Shown piece after piece: positions 46,577 to 55,202 of a stretch of DNA of 64,000 bases. The stretch lies in contig CAWFHJ010000020.1 in assembly GCA_963815585.1 (NCBI GenBank), positions 88,673-152,672 on the forward strand. Reading direction: 5' to 3'. Position numbers and translations under genes: made by a program. Positions within the stretch are counted from its first letter, which is position 1. Every line of letters starts with the position of its first letter. Origin of the DNA: an uncultured Actinomycetota bacterium (GTDB lineage: Bacteria > Actinomycetota > Actinomycetes > Propionibacteriales > Nocardioidaceae). Below the pieces are notes generated by a model that was not told where the DNA came from, did no database searches, and saw only the letters and a program-made list of their open reading frames with translations.

Positions 46577-47772
46577 GCGAGGAGCTCGGCGAGCCTGGGC
46601 GTGACGCGCCAGGTCGCGGTGAGGTCGTCGTACTCCGCGCGTGCCTGTGGCTTCGGCTCGGTGCCCGTGCGCAGCGCGCGGAGCAGGGTGTTGCGCGGCG
46701 TGTGCTCGCTGCCGACGAATTCGACGACGTCCACCCGGTAGCCGTGCAGCCTCAGCAGCGACGCCCGGAGCGCGTCGGTCAGGGTGTCGGCCAGCCGCTC
46801 GCGCAGGATGCCGTCGCGGGTCAGCGCGGAGTACGGCGCCGGGGTGGGTGCGCGTCGCAGCTGGGCGGCGATGTCGTGGTGGCAGCACGGGGCGGCGAGC
46901 ACGAGCCGGGCGTCCCAGCCCACCGCGCGGGCCAGCGCGTCGTCGGTCGCGGTGTCGCAGGCGTGGAGCGCCAGCACCACCTCGGGGGCGGGATCGACGA
47001 CCGCGTCGGCGATGCCGCCCTGCACGAACGTGGCGTCCACCCCGAGCCGAGCGGCGACGGCGTCCCCGTGGGACAGGGACTGTGCCTTGGTGTCGACGCC
47101 GGTCAGGCGCACGGGGACGCCGCGGCCGGTCAGGTAGGCCTGCGCGGCGAACGTGAGGTAGGCGTTGCCACAGCCGAGGTCGACCACCCGCAGCGGGTCG
47201 TCGACCGTGGGTGTGCGCAGCTTGCCGCTCTCGATCGCCCCGGTGACGGACTGGTCGAGCAGGCGCAGGAACTCCTCCACCTGGCGGTACTTCGCCTGCC
47301 GCGACGGCTTCACCCGTCCGGACTCGTCGGCGATGTCGAGCACGCGAAGCACCGGGTGGTCCTCGGCAAGCAGGCGTGGCTTGGTCCGGTCGTGGCTGCG
47401 GTCGGCGGTCTCGGCGTCGTCGGCGCGAGGTGCGGAGTGGACGACGGCCTCGAGCTTCTTGGTGACCCGGAGCTGGTGGGTCTCGGTGGCGGTGTCCACG
47501 TGCCAGTTGCCGAACGGCTCGTCCAGCAGCGCGTCGACGGCGTCGCGGGCGGGCACACCCGGCCCGTGGTTGGCGGTGAACGCCTGCGTCTCGTCGTACG
47601 TCACGACCTGGAGCTGGCGACCGGCCTTGAGGTCGACGTACCTCAGCTCGGCGCGGCGCCACCGGGGGTGTTCGCCCTTCTGCCTGCCGGACGCGACGGC
47701 ACGCACCAGGACCTGGTCGTCGAGCAGCAGGCCCCGCATCCGGGCCAGCGCCCGCAGCAGCGGCTCGCTCAC
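46573..47772 (-). CDS. SAM-dependent methyltransferase (Methyltransf_32-like)
   Basis: KYRQVEEF, VVDLGCGNAYLTF, ALHACDTATD, APCCH. Confidence 0.9.
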   Translation of the reverse strand: MSEPLLRALARMRGLLLDDQVLVRAVASGRQKGEHPRWRRAELRYVDLKAGRQLQVVTYDETQAFTANHGPGVPARDAVDALLDEPFGNWHVDTATETHQLRVTKKLEAVVHSAPRADDAETADRSHDRTKPRLLAEDHPVLRVLDIADESGRVKPSRQAKYRQVEEFLRLLDQSVTGAIESGKLRTPTVDDPLRVVDLGCGNAYLTFAAQAYLTGRGVPVRLTGVDTKAQSLSHGDAVAARLGVDATFVQGGIADAVVDPAPEVVLALHACDTATDDALARAVGWDARLVLAAPCCHHDIAAQLRRAPTPAPYSALTRDGILRERLADTLTDALRASLLRLHGYRVDVVEFVGSEHTPRNTLLRALRTGTEPKPQARAEYDDLTATWRVTPRLAELLA

Positions 47773-47855
47773 TTGACCAGGGCGGCAACCACCGCGATCA
47801 GGATCAACCCACCGAGCGCGCACGGGATGACGAGGCGTCGGTAGCGGGGATTCAT
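47769..47855 (-). CDS. 28-aa hydrophobic peptide MNPRYRRLVIPCALGGLILIAVVAALVK (not in the ORF track)
   Basis: ATG 47855; its TGA overlaps the methyltransferase GTG; TACGCT -10-like hexamer 6 nt upstream. Confidence 0.6.
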   Translation of the reverse strand: MNPRYRRLVIPCALGGLILIAVVAALVK

Positions 47856-47980
47856 GAGCCCAGCGTATTTCCTCGGACCTGCCCGGGTGGGGGTAGTGCA
47901 GAACGGGATCCCGGCGCAGACTGGCAGGGACGTCGCACGCGACCGTCGCGCGCGCTACTTCTCTCTCGGAGCTTGGTGCC

Positions 47981-48634
47981 ATGACTCGCACTCCAGAGCA
48001 CATGCCGGTCCTCTCCCGAGGTCGCCACCGCAACGCGCGCCAGGGCGCGTGCTTCATGGAGATGGCGTCCTACCTCGCCGGGGAGAAGTGGTCCGACCAC
48101 CCGCCGTGCACCCACTCCCTGCTGGCGTCGATGGCTCGCGGGGTCAACGACCTGCTCGGCGACGACTCACGGGCCCGCATCGCCTGGCTGATCCCCGACG
48201 TGGTCGGCCTCGACACCGACGACCCGCGCAGCCACGCCTGGATCGCGCGCGAGGCGGCACTGGCAGCCCTGCCGCTCGCGCCGGAGGCCCGGCAGCGGGT
48301 GGCTGCGGTGGGACTGATCCACTGCGAACGCCACCTGGCCGGCCTCGGCGAGCCGGACATCGACCCGCGGAGCCGGCGCGCGCTCGACAACGCGCCGCAC
48401 GCGCGCGACTGGGCCAAGGACTTCGTCACGCTCGGCACCGCCGACCGGCGCAGCTTCGCCAAGCGCAGTGCGCCGGCGATCCTCGAGTCCGCACTGGCCG
48501 GGATCGGCGAGTCCACCGCGTCCGACCGCAGCGAGGTGCTGATCTCGCTCCTCGAGCGCACGGTCGTGCTCTGCCGCGAGCGGTTCGGCACCACCAGGGT
48601 CGCGACCGGCGACCTGCCGCTGTCCGTGGGCTAG
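47981..48634 (+). CDS. Conserved-type hypothetical protein
   Basis: LSRGRH...GACFMEMASYLAGEKWSDHPPCTH..LA..AR.VND; coding-like GC3. Confidence 0.75.
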   Translation: MTRTPEHMPVLSRGRHRNARQGACFMEMASYLAGEKWSDHPPCTHSLLASMARGVNDLLGDDSRARIAWLIPDVVGLDTDDPRSHAWIAREAALAALPLAPEARQRVAAVGLIHCERHLAGLGEPDIDPRSRRALDNAPHARDWAKDFVTLGTADRRSFAKRSAPAILESALAGIGESTASDRSEVLISLLERTVVLCRERFGTTRVATGDLPLSVG

Positions 48635-48643
48635 CGGCCGCCC

Positions 48644-49939
48644 TCAGGCGGCCAGAGCCTCGTCGGTGGTCTCCTCGGTTTCCACCCGGTGGCCCGGCCA
48701 CCGGAGCTGGTTGCGAGTCAGCCCACCGAAGATCAGCACCGCCAGACAGACCCCGACCACGGACATCGCGCCGCCGCCGATCAGCGTCCAGCGGGCCCCG
48801 AACGTGGCACCGACCCAGCCGACGACGGGCGCCCCGAGCGGGGTGCCGCCCATCACCACCATCATGTAGAGCGCCATCACGCGGCCGCGCATCGAGGGAC
48901 TGACGCTGAGCTGCACGGTGGTGTTCGCCGAGTTGAGCATGGTCAGCAACGAGAGTCCGAGCACCGGGGTGAGCGCGGCGAAGGTGAGGTACGACGGCAT
49001 CAGGCCGAGCACGATCTCCACCATCCCGAAGGCCAGGCCGGCGAGCACCACGAGCCGCAGCCGAGGCTTGCCGACGCGGCGGGCGCCGAGCAGGGCGCCC
49101 GTGAGGGAGCCGATCGCGAGGGTGGTGCCGAGCAGGCCGTACTCGCTGGAGCCCTTGTCGAAGACCTGGGTGGCCATCAGGGCCGAGGTCATCTGGAAGT
49201 TCATGCCGAAGGTGCCGGCGAAGAACACCGCCACCAGGATCAGCTTGAGGTCGGGCCGGCTGCGCACGTAGCGGATGCCGTCGCGGATCATGCCCTTGCC
49301 GCGAGGGGCCCGCTCGATCGGCGTCAGCTCGTCGGTGTGCATCACCTGCAGGGCACCGATCACGGCCAGGTAGCTGAACGCGTTGATCAGGATCACCAGG
49401 CCGGTGGCGCCGACGCCGGAGCCGAGGGCGGCGATCATGAAGCCGGAGAGCGCCGGGCCGATCACCCGGGCGAGGTTGAACGACGCCGAGTTGAGGCCGA
49501 CGGCGTTGGACAGGTCGTCGTGGCCGACCATCTCGCTGACGAACGACTGCCGCGCGGGGGCGTCGAACGCGGCGCCGATGCCGAACGTGAAGGCGACCGC
49601 GAAGACCATCCAGGACTCCACGACGCCGGTGACGGCCAGCACGCCGAGCAGCACGCCGGTGACGGCGAGCCAGGCCTGGCTGACCTGGAGCAGCCGACGC
49701 TTGGGGAACCGGTCAGCGACCAGTCCGGCGTACGGCGAGAGCAGCAGGATCGGCAGGAACTGGAGGCCGGTCGTGATCCCGAGAGCAGTGCTCGCGCTGG
49801 CGGCGCTGCCGTGGTGGAGCTGGAGGACCAGCCAGTCCTGGGCGACGCGTTGCATCCAGGTGCCGGTGTTCGAGACGACGCCGCCCGCGGCGTAGAGCCG
49901 GTAGTTGCGGTTGCGGAGGGCACGGAAGGTGGGGCTCAT
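48644..49939 (-). CDS. MFS transporter (MFS_3/DUF894-like)
   Basis: FRALRNRNYRL, GTWMQRVAQDWLV, ADRFPKRR, MRGRVMALY. Confidence 0.92.
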   Translation of the reverse strand: MSPTFRALRNRNYRLYAAGGVVSNTGTWMQRVAQDWLVLQLHHGSAASASTALGITTGLQFLPILLLSPYAGLVADRFPKRRLLQVSQAWLAVTGVLLGVLAVTGVVESWMVFAVAFTFGIGAAFDAPARQSFVSEMVGHDDLSNAVGLNSASFNLARVIGPALSGFMIAALGSGVGATGLVILINAFSYLAVIGALQVMHTDELTPIERAPRGKGMIRDGIRYVRSRPDLKLILVAVFFAGTFGMNFQMTSALMATQVFDKGSSEYGLLGTTLAIGSLTGALLGARRVGKPRLRLVVLAGLAFGMVEIVLGLMPSYLTFAALTPVLGLSLLTMLNSANTTVQLSVSPSMRGRVMALYMMVVMGGTPLGAPVVGWVGATFGARWTLIGGGAMSVVGVCLAVLIFGGLTRNQLRWPGHRVETEETTDEALAA

Positions 49940-49994
49940 CGCTTTTCGGGGTCCCCCCACGAGCGCGAGCGAAGCGAGTGGTCGAGTGGGGTGT

Positions 49995-50447
49995 TCAATC
50001 TGAGGTCGCGATCCTTTCGAGAATGGGGGCCGCCTCACGGAGGACGGCGCGTTCGGCGGGGGTGAGCTGGCGGAGCCGCTGAGCCAGCCAGACATCGCGG
50101 CGGCGACGGTCAGCGAGGACCATCTCCTTGCCGCGCTCGCTGAGGCTGACCAGCACGAGGCGCTTGTCGGTCTCGTCGGAACGGCGGACGACGTAGCCGT
50201 CGTCGGCCAGGCAGTTGATCGTGCGGGTCATCGACGGCGGCCGGACGCGTTCGTGCTCGGCGAGCTGGCCGACGGTGCACTCCCCCTTGCGGTACATCGC
50301 GCCGAGCACGGTCATCTGGCCGATGCTCAGCTCGTTGTCGGGGTGCCGCTCGTTGGCGAGACGCCGACGCAGCCGCATGACCGAGTAGCGGAGCTCGGCC
50401 GCGAGGCCGGTGTCCGTGCGCGCTGCGCGTTCGATCGTGGGAGCCAT
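49995..50447 (-). CDS. MarR family regulator
   Basis: LAEHERVRPPSMTRTINCL, DETDKRLVLVSL. Confidence 0.92.
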   Translation of the reverse strand: MAPTIERAARTDTGLAAELRYSVMRLRRRLANERHPDNELSIGQMTVLGAMYRKGECTVGQLAEHERVRPPSMTRTINCLADDGYVVRRSDETDKRLVLVSLSERGKEMVLADRRRRDVWLAQRLRQLTPAERAVLREAAPILERIATSD

Positions 50448-50450
50448 GTG

Positions 50451-50478
50451 CTTAGCATAACTCATTACCTATGCTAAG
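50451..50478. promoter_or_regulatory. Inverted repeat, probable MarR operator
   Basis: CTTAGCATA-N10-TATGCTAAG directly upstream of the marR ATG; AT-rich. Confidence 0.75.
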
Positions 50479-50497
50479 TATTTCCCGAGAGCCCGGT

Positions 50498-50537
50498 GAT
50501 CGAGCTTGTCGAGATCTGGGTCTCGACAGGCTCGACC
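50498..50537. repeat. Inverted doublet of the REP-like motif
   Basis: GATCGAGCTTGTCGAGATC-TG-GGTCTCGACAGGCTCGACC. Confidence 0.85.
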
Positions 50538-50546
50538 GTTGAGATC

Positions 50547-51980
50547 TCAGGTGAGCAGCGCCCGGACCGGGTCGATCGCGAAGTAGACCACGAACAGCGC
50601 CGCGACCAGCCACATCAGCGGGTGCACGAGGCCGGCCTTGCCGAGCACCAGCTTGATCAGCACGTAGGCGACGAACCCGGCGCCGATGCCGACGGAGATG
50701 GAGTACGTGAACGGCATCAGCACGATCGTGAGGAACGCCGGGATCGCGATCTCCAGGTCGTCCCAGTCGATGCCACGGACCTGCTGCATCATCAGGAAGC
50801 CGACCAGCACCAGGGCCGGCACCGCTGCTTCGCTCGGGATCACGTTGACCAGCGGCGCCAGCACCATCGAGAGCAGGAACAGCACGCCGGTGACCACGGA
50901 GGCCAGGCCGGTGCGGGCACCTTCCCCGACGCCCGACGCGGACTCGATGTACGACGTGTTGGACGAGACGCCCGCCGCGCCACCGGCGGCAGCCGCGAGC
51001 GAGTCGACGATCAGGATCCGCTGGGTGTTCGGCGGCATGCCCTCCTTGTCGAGAAGGCCGGCCTCGGCGCCGATCGCGGTCATCGTGCCCATCGTGTCGA
51101 AGAAGTCCGCCAGCATCAGCGTGAACACCAGCAGCACGGCGGTGACCACCCCCGCCGACTGGAACGAGCCCAGCAGGTTGAACGTGCCCAGGGTGTCGAG
51201 GTGCGGGGTGGAGAAGACGTCGGTGGGGAGCTTCGGCACGTTGAGGTTCCAGCCGACCGGGTTGACCTTGTCGCCGTCGACCTGCGGGCCGATCTTGGCG
51301 ATCGACTCGATGATGATCGCGATCACGGTGCTGGCGACGATCGAGATCAGGATCGCGCCCTTGACCTTGCGCACGTAGAGGGCGACGACGAGGACCAGCC
51401 CGATCGCGAACACGACCACCGGCCAGCCGTTGAGGAAGCCGTCGGTGCCCAGCTGGACGGGGACCGGCCCGGTGCCCGTGCGCCGTACGAAACCGGCGTC
51501 GACGAAGCCGATCAGCGCGATGAACAGGCCGATGCCGACCGAGATCGCGAGCTTGAGCTGGGCGGGTACGGCGTGGAAGACCGCGGTCCGGAAGCCGGTC
51601 AGCACCAGGATCAGGATCAGGATCCCCTCGATCACGACCAGGCCCATCGCGTCGGCCCAGGTCATCTGAGAGGCGATGGAGAACGCGACGAACGCGTTCA
51701 GGCCGAGCCCGGTGGCGAGCGCGAGCGGGAAGTTCGCGAACACGCCCATCAGGATCGTGAGAACGCCCGCCACGAGCGCCGTACCCGCCGCGATCGCCTC
51801 GAAGCTGCCCAGGAACTTGCCGTCGATGTCCTTCGCGGGCCCGAGGATGATCGGGTTGAGCACGATGATGTAGGCCATCGTGAAGAACGTGACGACCCCG
51901 CCACGCACCTCGGTGGCCACCGTCGAGCCGCGTTCACTGATCTTGAAGAAGGAGTCCACGGCGGGAATCCAAGCAGACAT
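50547..51980 (-). CDS. NCS2/AzgA family purine permease
   Basis: EVRGGVVTFFTMAYII, LATGLGLNAF, DFFDTMGT, YIESASG, PFTYSI. Confidence 0.94.
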   Translation of the reverse strand: MSAWIPAVDSFFKISERGSTVATEVRGGVVTFFTMAYIIVLNPIILGPAKDIDGKFLGSFEAIAAGTALVAGVLTILMGVFANFPLALATGLGLNAFVAFSIASQMTWADAMGLVVIEGILILILVLTGFRTAVFHAVPAQLKLAISVGIGLFIALIGFVDAGFVRRTGTGPVPVQLGTDGFLNGWPVVVFAIGLVLVVALYVRKVKGAILISIVASTVIAIIIESIAKIGPQVDGDKVNPVGWNLNVPKLPTDVFSTPHLDTLGTFNLLGSFQSAGVVTAVLLVFTLMLADFFDTMGTMTAIGAEAGLLDKEGMPPNTQRILIVDSLAAAAGGAAGVSSNTSYIESASGVGEGARTGLASVVTGVLFLLSMVLAPLVNVIPSEAAVPALVLVGFLMMQQVRGIDWDDLEIAIPAFLTIVLMPFTYSISVGIGAGFVAYVLIKLVLGKAGLVHPLMWLVAALFVVYFAIDPVRALLT

Positions 51981-52037
51981 TTGTCACGCCGCCTGCACCG
52001 GTCCCGGCTGGCGGATGGCTCGGGATAGATTTGCGCC

Positions 52038-52355
52038 GTGTCCACGCCCGAGGAGCAGCCGAAGACCCACGAGATCGGCAAGCGCACCTACATCGTGGCG
52101 GACGTCGAACCCCTGGACGTCGACGGCACGCGCACCGTCGCGGTGGGCACCGCGCTGTGGCTGATCGGCTTCCTGATGCTGCTGCCGTTCTACGGCCGGC
52201 TCAAGGAGGACGACCACCTGTGGTGGATGTGGACCTGCCTGGCGGGGTTCGGTCTGGGTCTGTTCGGCTGGGACTACTGCCGGAGGCGCCGGAAGGCCCG
52301 GCTCGAGCGGCTGGCCCGTCGTACGGTGCCGGGGAAGCGCGCGGCTCAGGGCTGA
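52038..52355 (+). CDS. DUF2530 family membrane protein
   Basis: PLDVD...GTALW...WTCLAGFGLGLFG. Confidence 0.85.
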   Translation: MSTPEEQPKTHEIGKRTYIVADVEPLDVDGTRTVAVGTALWLIGFLMLLPFYGRLKEDDHLWWMWTCLAGFGLGLFGWDYCRRRRKARLERLARRTVPGKRAAQG

Positions 52356-52383
52356 GCCGGGGGGGTCGAATCCCGGCAAGCCC

Positions 52384-53214
52384 TCAGAACTGCTCGAGGT
52401 CGTCCCGGCTGACGGTGTCGAAGCTCGGGTCGGGCACCGGCACAGGCAGCTGCTTCTTGCGCAGCTGGGCCTCGGAGTGGGCGCCGCAGCCGTGACCGAG
52501 GGCGACCACGCGGCCGTCGTCGTTGGCGTACTCGTTGGCGCAGACCCCGAAGGTCAGGGACAGCGGTCCAGCCAGCCGGACCAGGAAGCCGCAGGCGGAG
52601 CAGGCGTGCGGCGCCTGCTGGGAGATCGCCGAGTCGGGACCCTGCTCGCCGTCGTACCACCGGTCGGCGGCGAGCTCGCGGCCCTCCAGGGAGAGCACCC
52701 GGGCCCGGCCGAGGCCGAGCTCGTCGCCGACCTCGCGGATGGCGCGGCCGTCGACGGCCTCGCCCAGGATGTCGTCGGGGGCGTCGTCGCCCGGGTCGCC
52801 GGAGAGGTACGCCGGCGACAGCCGCTCGTCGTCCTCGTCGGTCGGCAGGATGTCGCCCGGTGACAGGTCGCCGGGCTGGATGCGCTCGCGGTAGGGCACC
52901 CACGGGGGCGCGGTGATCGAGCCCTCGCCCGGCAGCAGCACGATCTCGTCGATCGTCACCTCGTCGTGGCCCTCGGCGTGCGCGACGGTGACCGCCCAGC
53001 GCCAGCCGGGGTAGCCGGACTGCGTGCAGCCGAACCACTGCGTGACGGCGTGCTCGCCCTCGCTCACGAAGCCCTGCGGCTCGCCGACCACGTCGGCGCC
53101 CACCTGCTCCACGAGCGCGGCACGCGCTTCGTCGACCGCGCGGGTCAGAATGGGGTCAGCGCCCGCGAGCGAAGGGCCCCCGGACGTGCCTGGGTGGTCG
53201 GCAGTGCTGATCAC
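52384..53214 (-). CDS. DUF3027 family protein
   Basis: GYPGWRWAVTV, LLPG...APPWVPY..R..PGDL, CxxC, FGVCANE, GCGAHSE. Confidence 0.9.
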   Translation of the reverse strand: MISTADHPGTSGGPSLAGADPILTRAVDEARAALVEQVGADVVGEPQGFVSEGEHAVTQWFGCTQSGYPGWRWAVTVAHAEGHDEVTIDEIVLLPGEGSITAPPWVPYRERIQPGDLSPGDILPTDEDDERLSPAYLSGDPGDDAPDDILGEAVDGRAIREVGDELGLGRARVLSLEGRELAADRWYDGEQGPDSAISQQAPHACSACGFLVRLAGPLSLTFGVCANEYANDDGRVVALGHGCGAHSEAQLRKKQLPVPVPDPSFDTVSRDDLEQF

Positions 53215-53311
53215 GGCGGGAAGTCTACGGGAGGCGCTCACCGTTTCCGACGGCTCACCGCCCCGGCGGGTGGCGACGGCGTGGCGCGGGTGGACTTGGC
53301 AGGATGGTGCC

Positions 53312-54700
53312 GTGGATCCCGAGACCGCCCCGCACCCCGACCAGGGGGAGCAGGACACGTCCGGCCCGACCGACGAGACCGGCGCCGGGCGTGGCCGTCG
53401 CGCCCTGCGCGCCACCGGGCGCGGCGTCGCGGCGACCGGCCGCGCCAGCAAGCGGGCAGCCACCGGCACGTTCCAGCGGGCCCGCCGCGCGTCCCACGCG
53501 CAGGGGGCCGGCGGTTCCGGCCTCTCGCGGCTGATCGAGCTCCACGCGTTCAACGCGGCGGGCGACGCGGCGGTCGCGATCTCGCTGGCCGGCACCATCT
53601 TCTTCGCCGATCCCGGCAGCGCCCGAGGTCCGGTGGCCCTGTTCCTGGCTCTCACCATGCTTCCGTTCGCGGTCGTCGCACCGCTGATCGGCCCGTTCCT
53701 CGACCGTTTCTCCCACGGCCGCCGCTGGGCGATCGGCGGCACGTTCGCCGTCCGCAGCCTGTGCTGCCTGGTCGCCGCCGACGCGATCGCCTCCGACTCG
53801 GTGCTGTTGTACCCCGCCGTGCTCGGCTGTCTGGTCTCCTCCAAGGCGTACGGCGTCGCGCGTGCCGCGACCGTGCCCCGCCTGATGCCGGCCGACCTGA
53901 GCCTGGTCAAGGCGAACAGCCGGATCTCGCTGGCCGGCCTGGTCGGCGCCGCCATCTCCGGTCCGCTGGCAGCCGGGGCGGCGTACTTCGGGGGGCAGTG
54001 GTCGCTGCGCTACGCGTTCCTGGTGTTCGCGGCCGGCACCATCCTCGCGATCCTGCTGCCGGCCGCCTCCGACGCCAGCGCCGGCGAGCAGCAGGTCACG
54101 CTGACCCACGCCAAGCAGCGGTTCCAGCTGCCCGCCACGATCGTGTTCGCGCTGCGTTGCAACGCCGGGCTGCGGATGCTGTCCGGCTTCCTGACCATGT
54201 ACATGGCCTTCCTGCTGACCCAGAATCCCCTGCCCGGCTTCGAGAACAAGCGCACCCTGCTGCTCGTGCTGGTGATCGGCGCCGCGGGTCTGGGCAACGC
54301 CGTCGGCATCGGGCTCGGCAGCCTGCTGCGCCGGGTCAACCCGGTGGGCACCGTCGTCTTCGTGCTGCTCGCCGACGCCGCGATGGCGCTCGTGTGCGCG
54401 CTGTTCTACGGACTGCTGACCGCGATGCTGCTCGGCCTCACCGTCGGCGTCGCGCAGGCGCTCGGCAAGGTCTCGCTCGACGCGCTGATCCAGCGCGACA
54501 TCCCCGAGCAGGTCCGCACGTCCGGCTTCGCCCGCTCCGAGACGCTGCTCCAGCTGTCCTGGGTGCTCGGCGGCTTCATCGGGATCGGGCTGCCGCTGAT
54601 CCCCGAGGTGGGTCTGGGCGTGCTGGCGGCGCTGATGGTCGCCTGGACAGCGTTCGTCCTCCTCAACCGTCCGGGACGGGCGCCGCGCGTCGCGACCTGA
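53312..54700 (+). CDS. MFS transporter (Rv0876c-like)
   Basis: SGLSRLIELHA, TMLPFAVVAPLIGP.LDR, SKAYGV, ARSET.LQL.WV.GG. Confidence 0.88.
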   Translation: MDPETAPHPDQGEQDTSGPTDETGAGRGRRALRATGRGVAATGRASKRAATGTFQRARRASHAQGAGGSGLSRLIELHAFNAAGDAAVAISLAGTIFFADPGSARGPVALFLALTMLPFAVVAPLIGPFLDRFSHGRRWAIGGTFAVRSLCCLVAADAIASDSVLLYPAVLGCLVSSKAYGVARAATVPRLMPADLSLVKANSRISLAGLVGAAISGPLAAGAAYFGGQWSLRYAFLVFAAGTILAILLPAASDASAGEQQVTLTHAKQRFQLPATIVFALRCNAGLRMLSGFLTMYMAFLLTQNPLPGFENKRTLLLVLVIGAAGLGNAVGIGLGSLLRRVNPVGTVVFVLLADAAMALVCALFYGLLTAMLLGLTVGVAQALGKVSLDALIQRDIPEQVRTSGFARSETLLQLSWVLGGFIGIGLPLIPEVGLGVLAALMVAWTAFVLLNRPGRAPRVAT

Positions 54701-54721
54701 GCCGGTCGCGCGCTGCCGCCC

Positions 54722-55117
54722 TCAGAGCTCCAGCTCGTCGGCCAGCCCACGCAGGAGCTTCGCGGTCGGCTTCGCGGTGCGTGCCTCGGGGCGTCGTCCG
54801 CCGCGGTAGGTCTGCTCGACACCCTCGAGGAGCTTGATCAGGTCCTCGACGATCCCGACCATGTCCTCGGGGTTCTTGCGCTGGGCGGCGCGCTGGTTGG
54901 CGGTCACCGAGGCAGGCGCCTCGAGCACCCGCACCTGCAGTGCCTGGTCGCCGCGGCGGCCCTGGGCGATGCCGAACTCGACCCGGGAGCCGGGCTTGAG
55001 CGACGGGGTGCCGGTCGGCAGCGCGGAGGCGTTGACGTAGACGTCCTCGCCCTCCTCACGGGAGAGGAAGCCGAAGCCCTTCTCCGCGTCGTACCACTTG
55101 ACCTTTCCGGTGGGCAC
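54722..55117 (-). CDS. Cold-shock domain protein (CspB-like, with C-terminal extension)
   Basis: MPTGKVKWYDAEKGFGFL; start GTG 55117. Confidence 0.93.
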   Translation of the reverse strand: MPTGKVKWYDAEKGFGFLSREEGEDVYVNASALPTGTPSLKPGSRVEFGIAQGRRGDQALQVRVLEAPASVTANQRAAQRKNPEDMVGIVEDLIKLLEGVEQTYRGGRRPEARTAKPTAKLLRGLADELEL

Positions 55118-55202
55118 AGCTGACCTCTTCGCGCTCGGGTGGGTGCCCCGGACCCGGGGCGGCGCACCATCGTACGTCGAGGCGCAGCGCGACCACACAC
55201 CC

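Noticed and set aside
45629-47788. 719-aa fusion protein as predicted by the ORF track
   Set aside because: The N-terminal part is an alternative frame over the methyltransferase; the real gene starts at GTG 46576 with a signal peptide
51981-52037. Purine riboswitch ahead of the NCS2 permease
   Set aside because: The gap is only about 57 bp, shared with a divergent gene, and has no aptamer core
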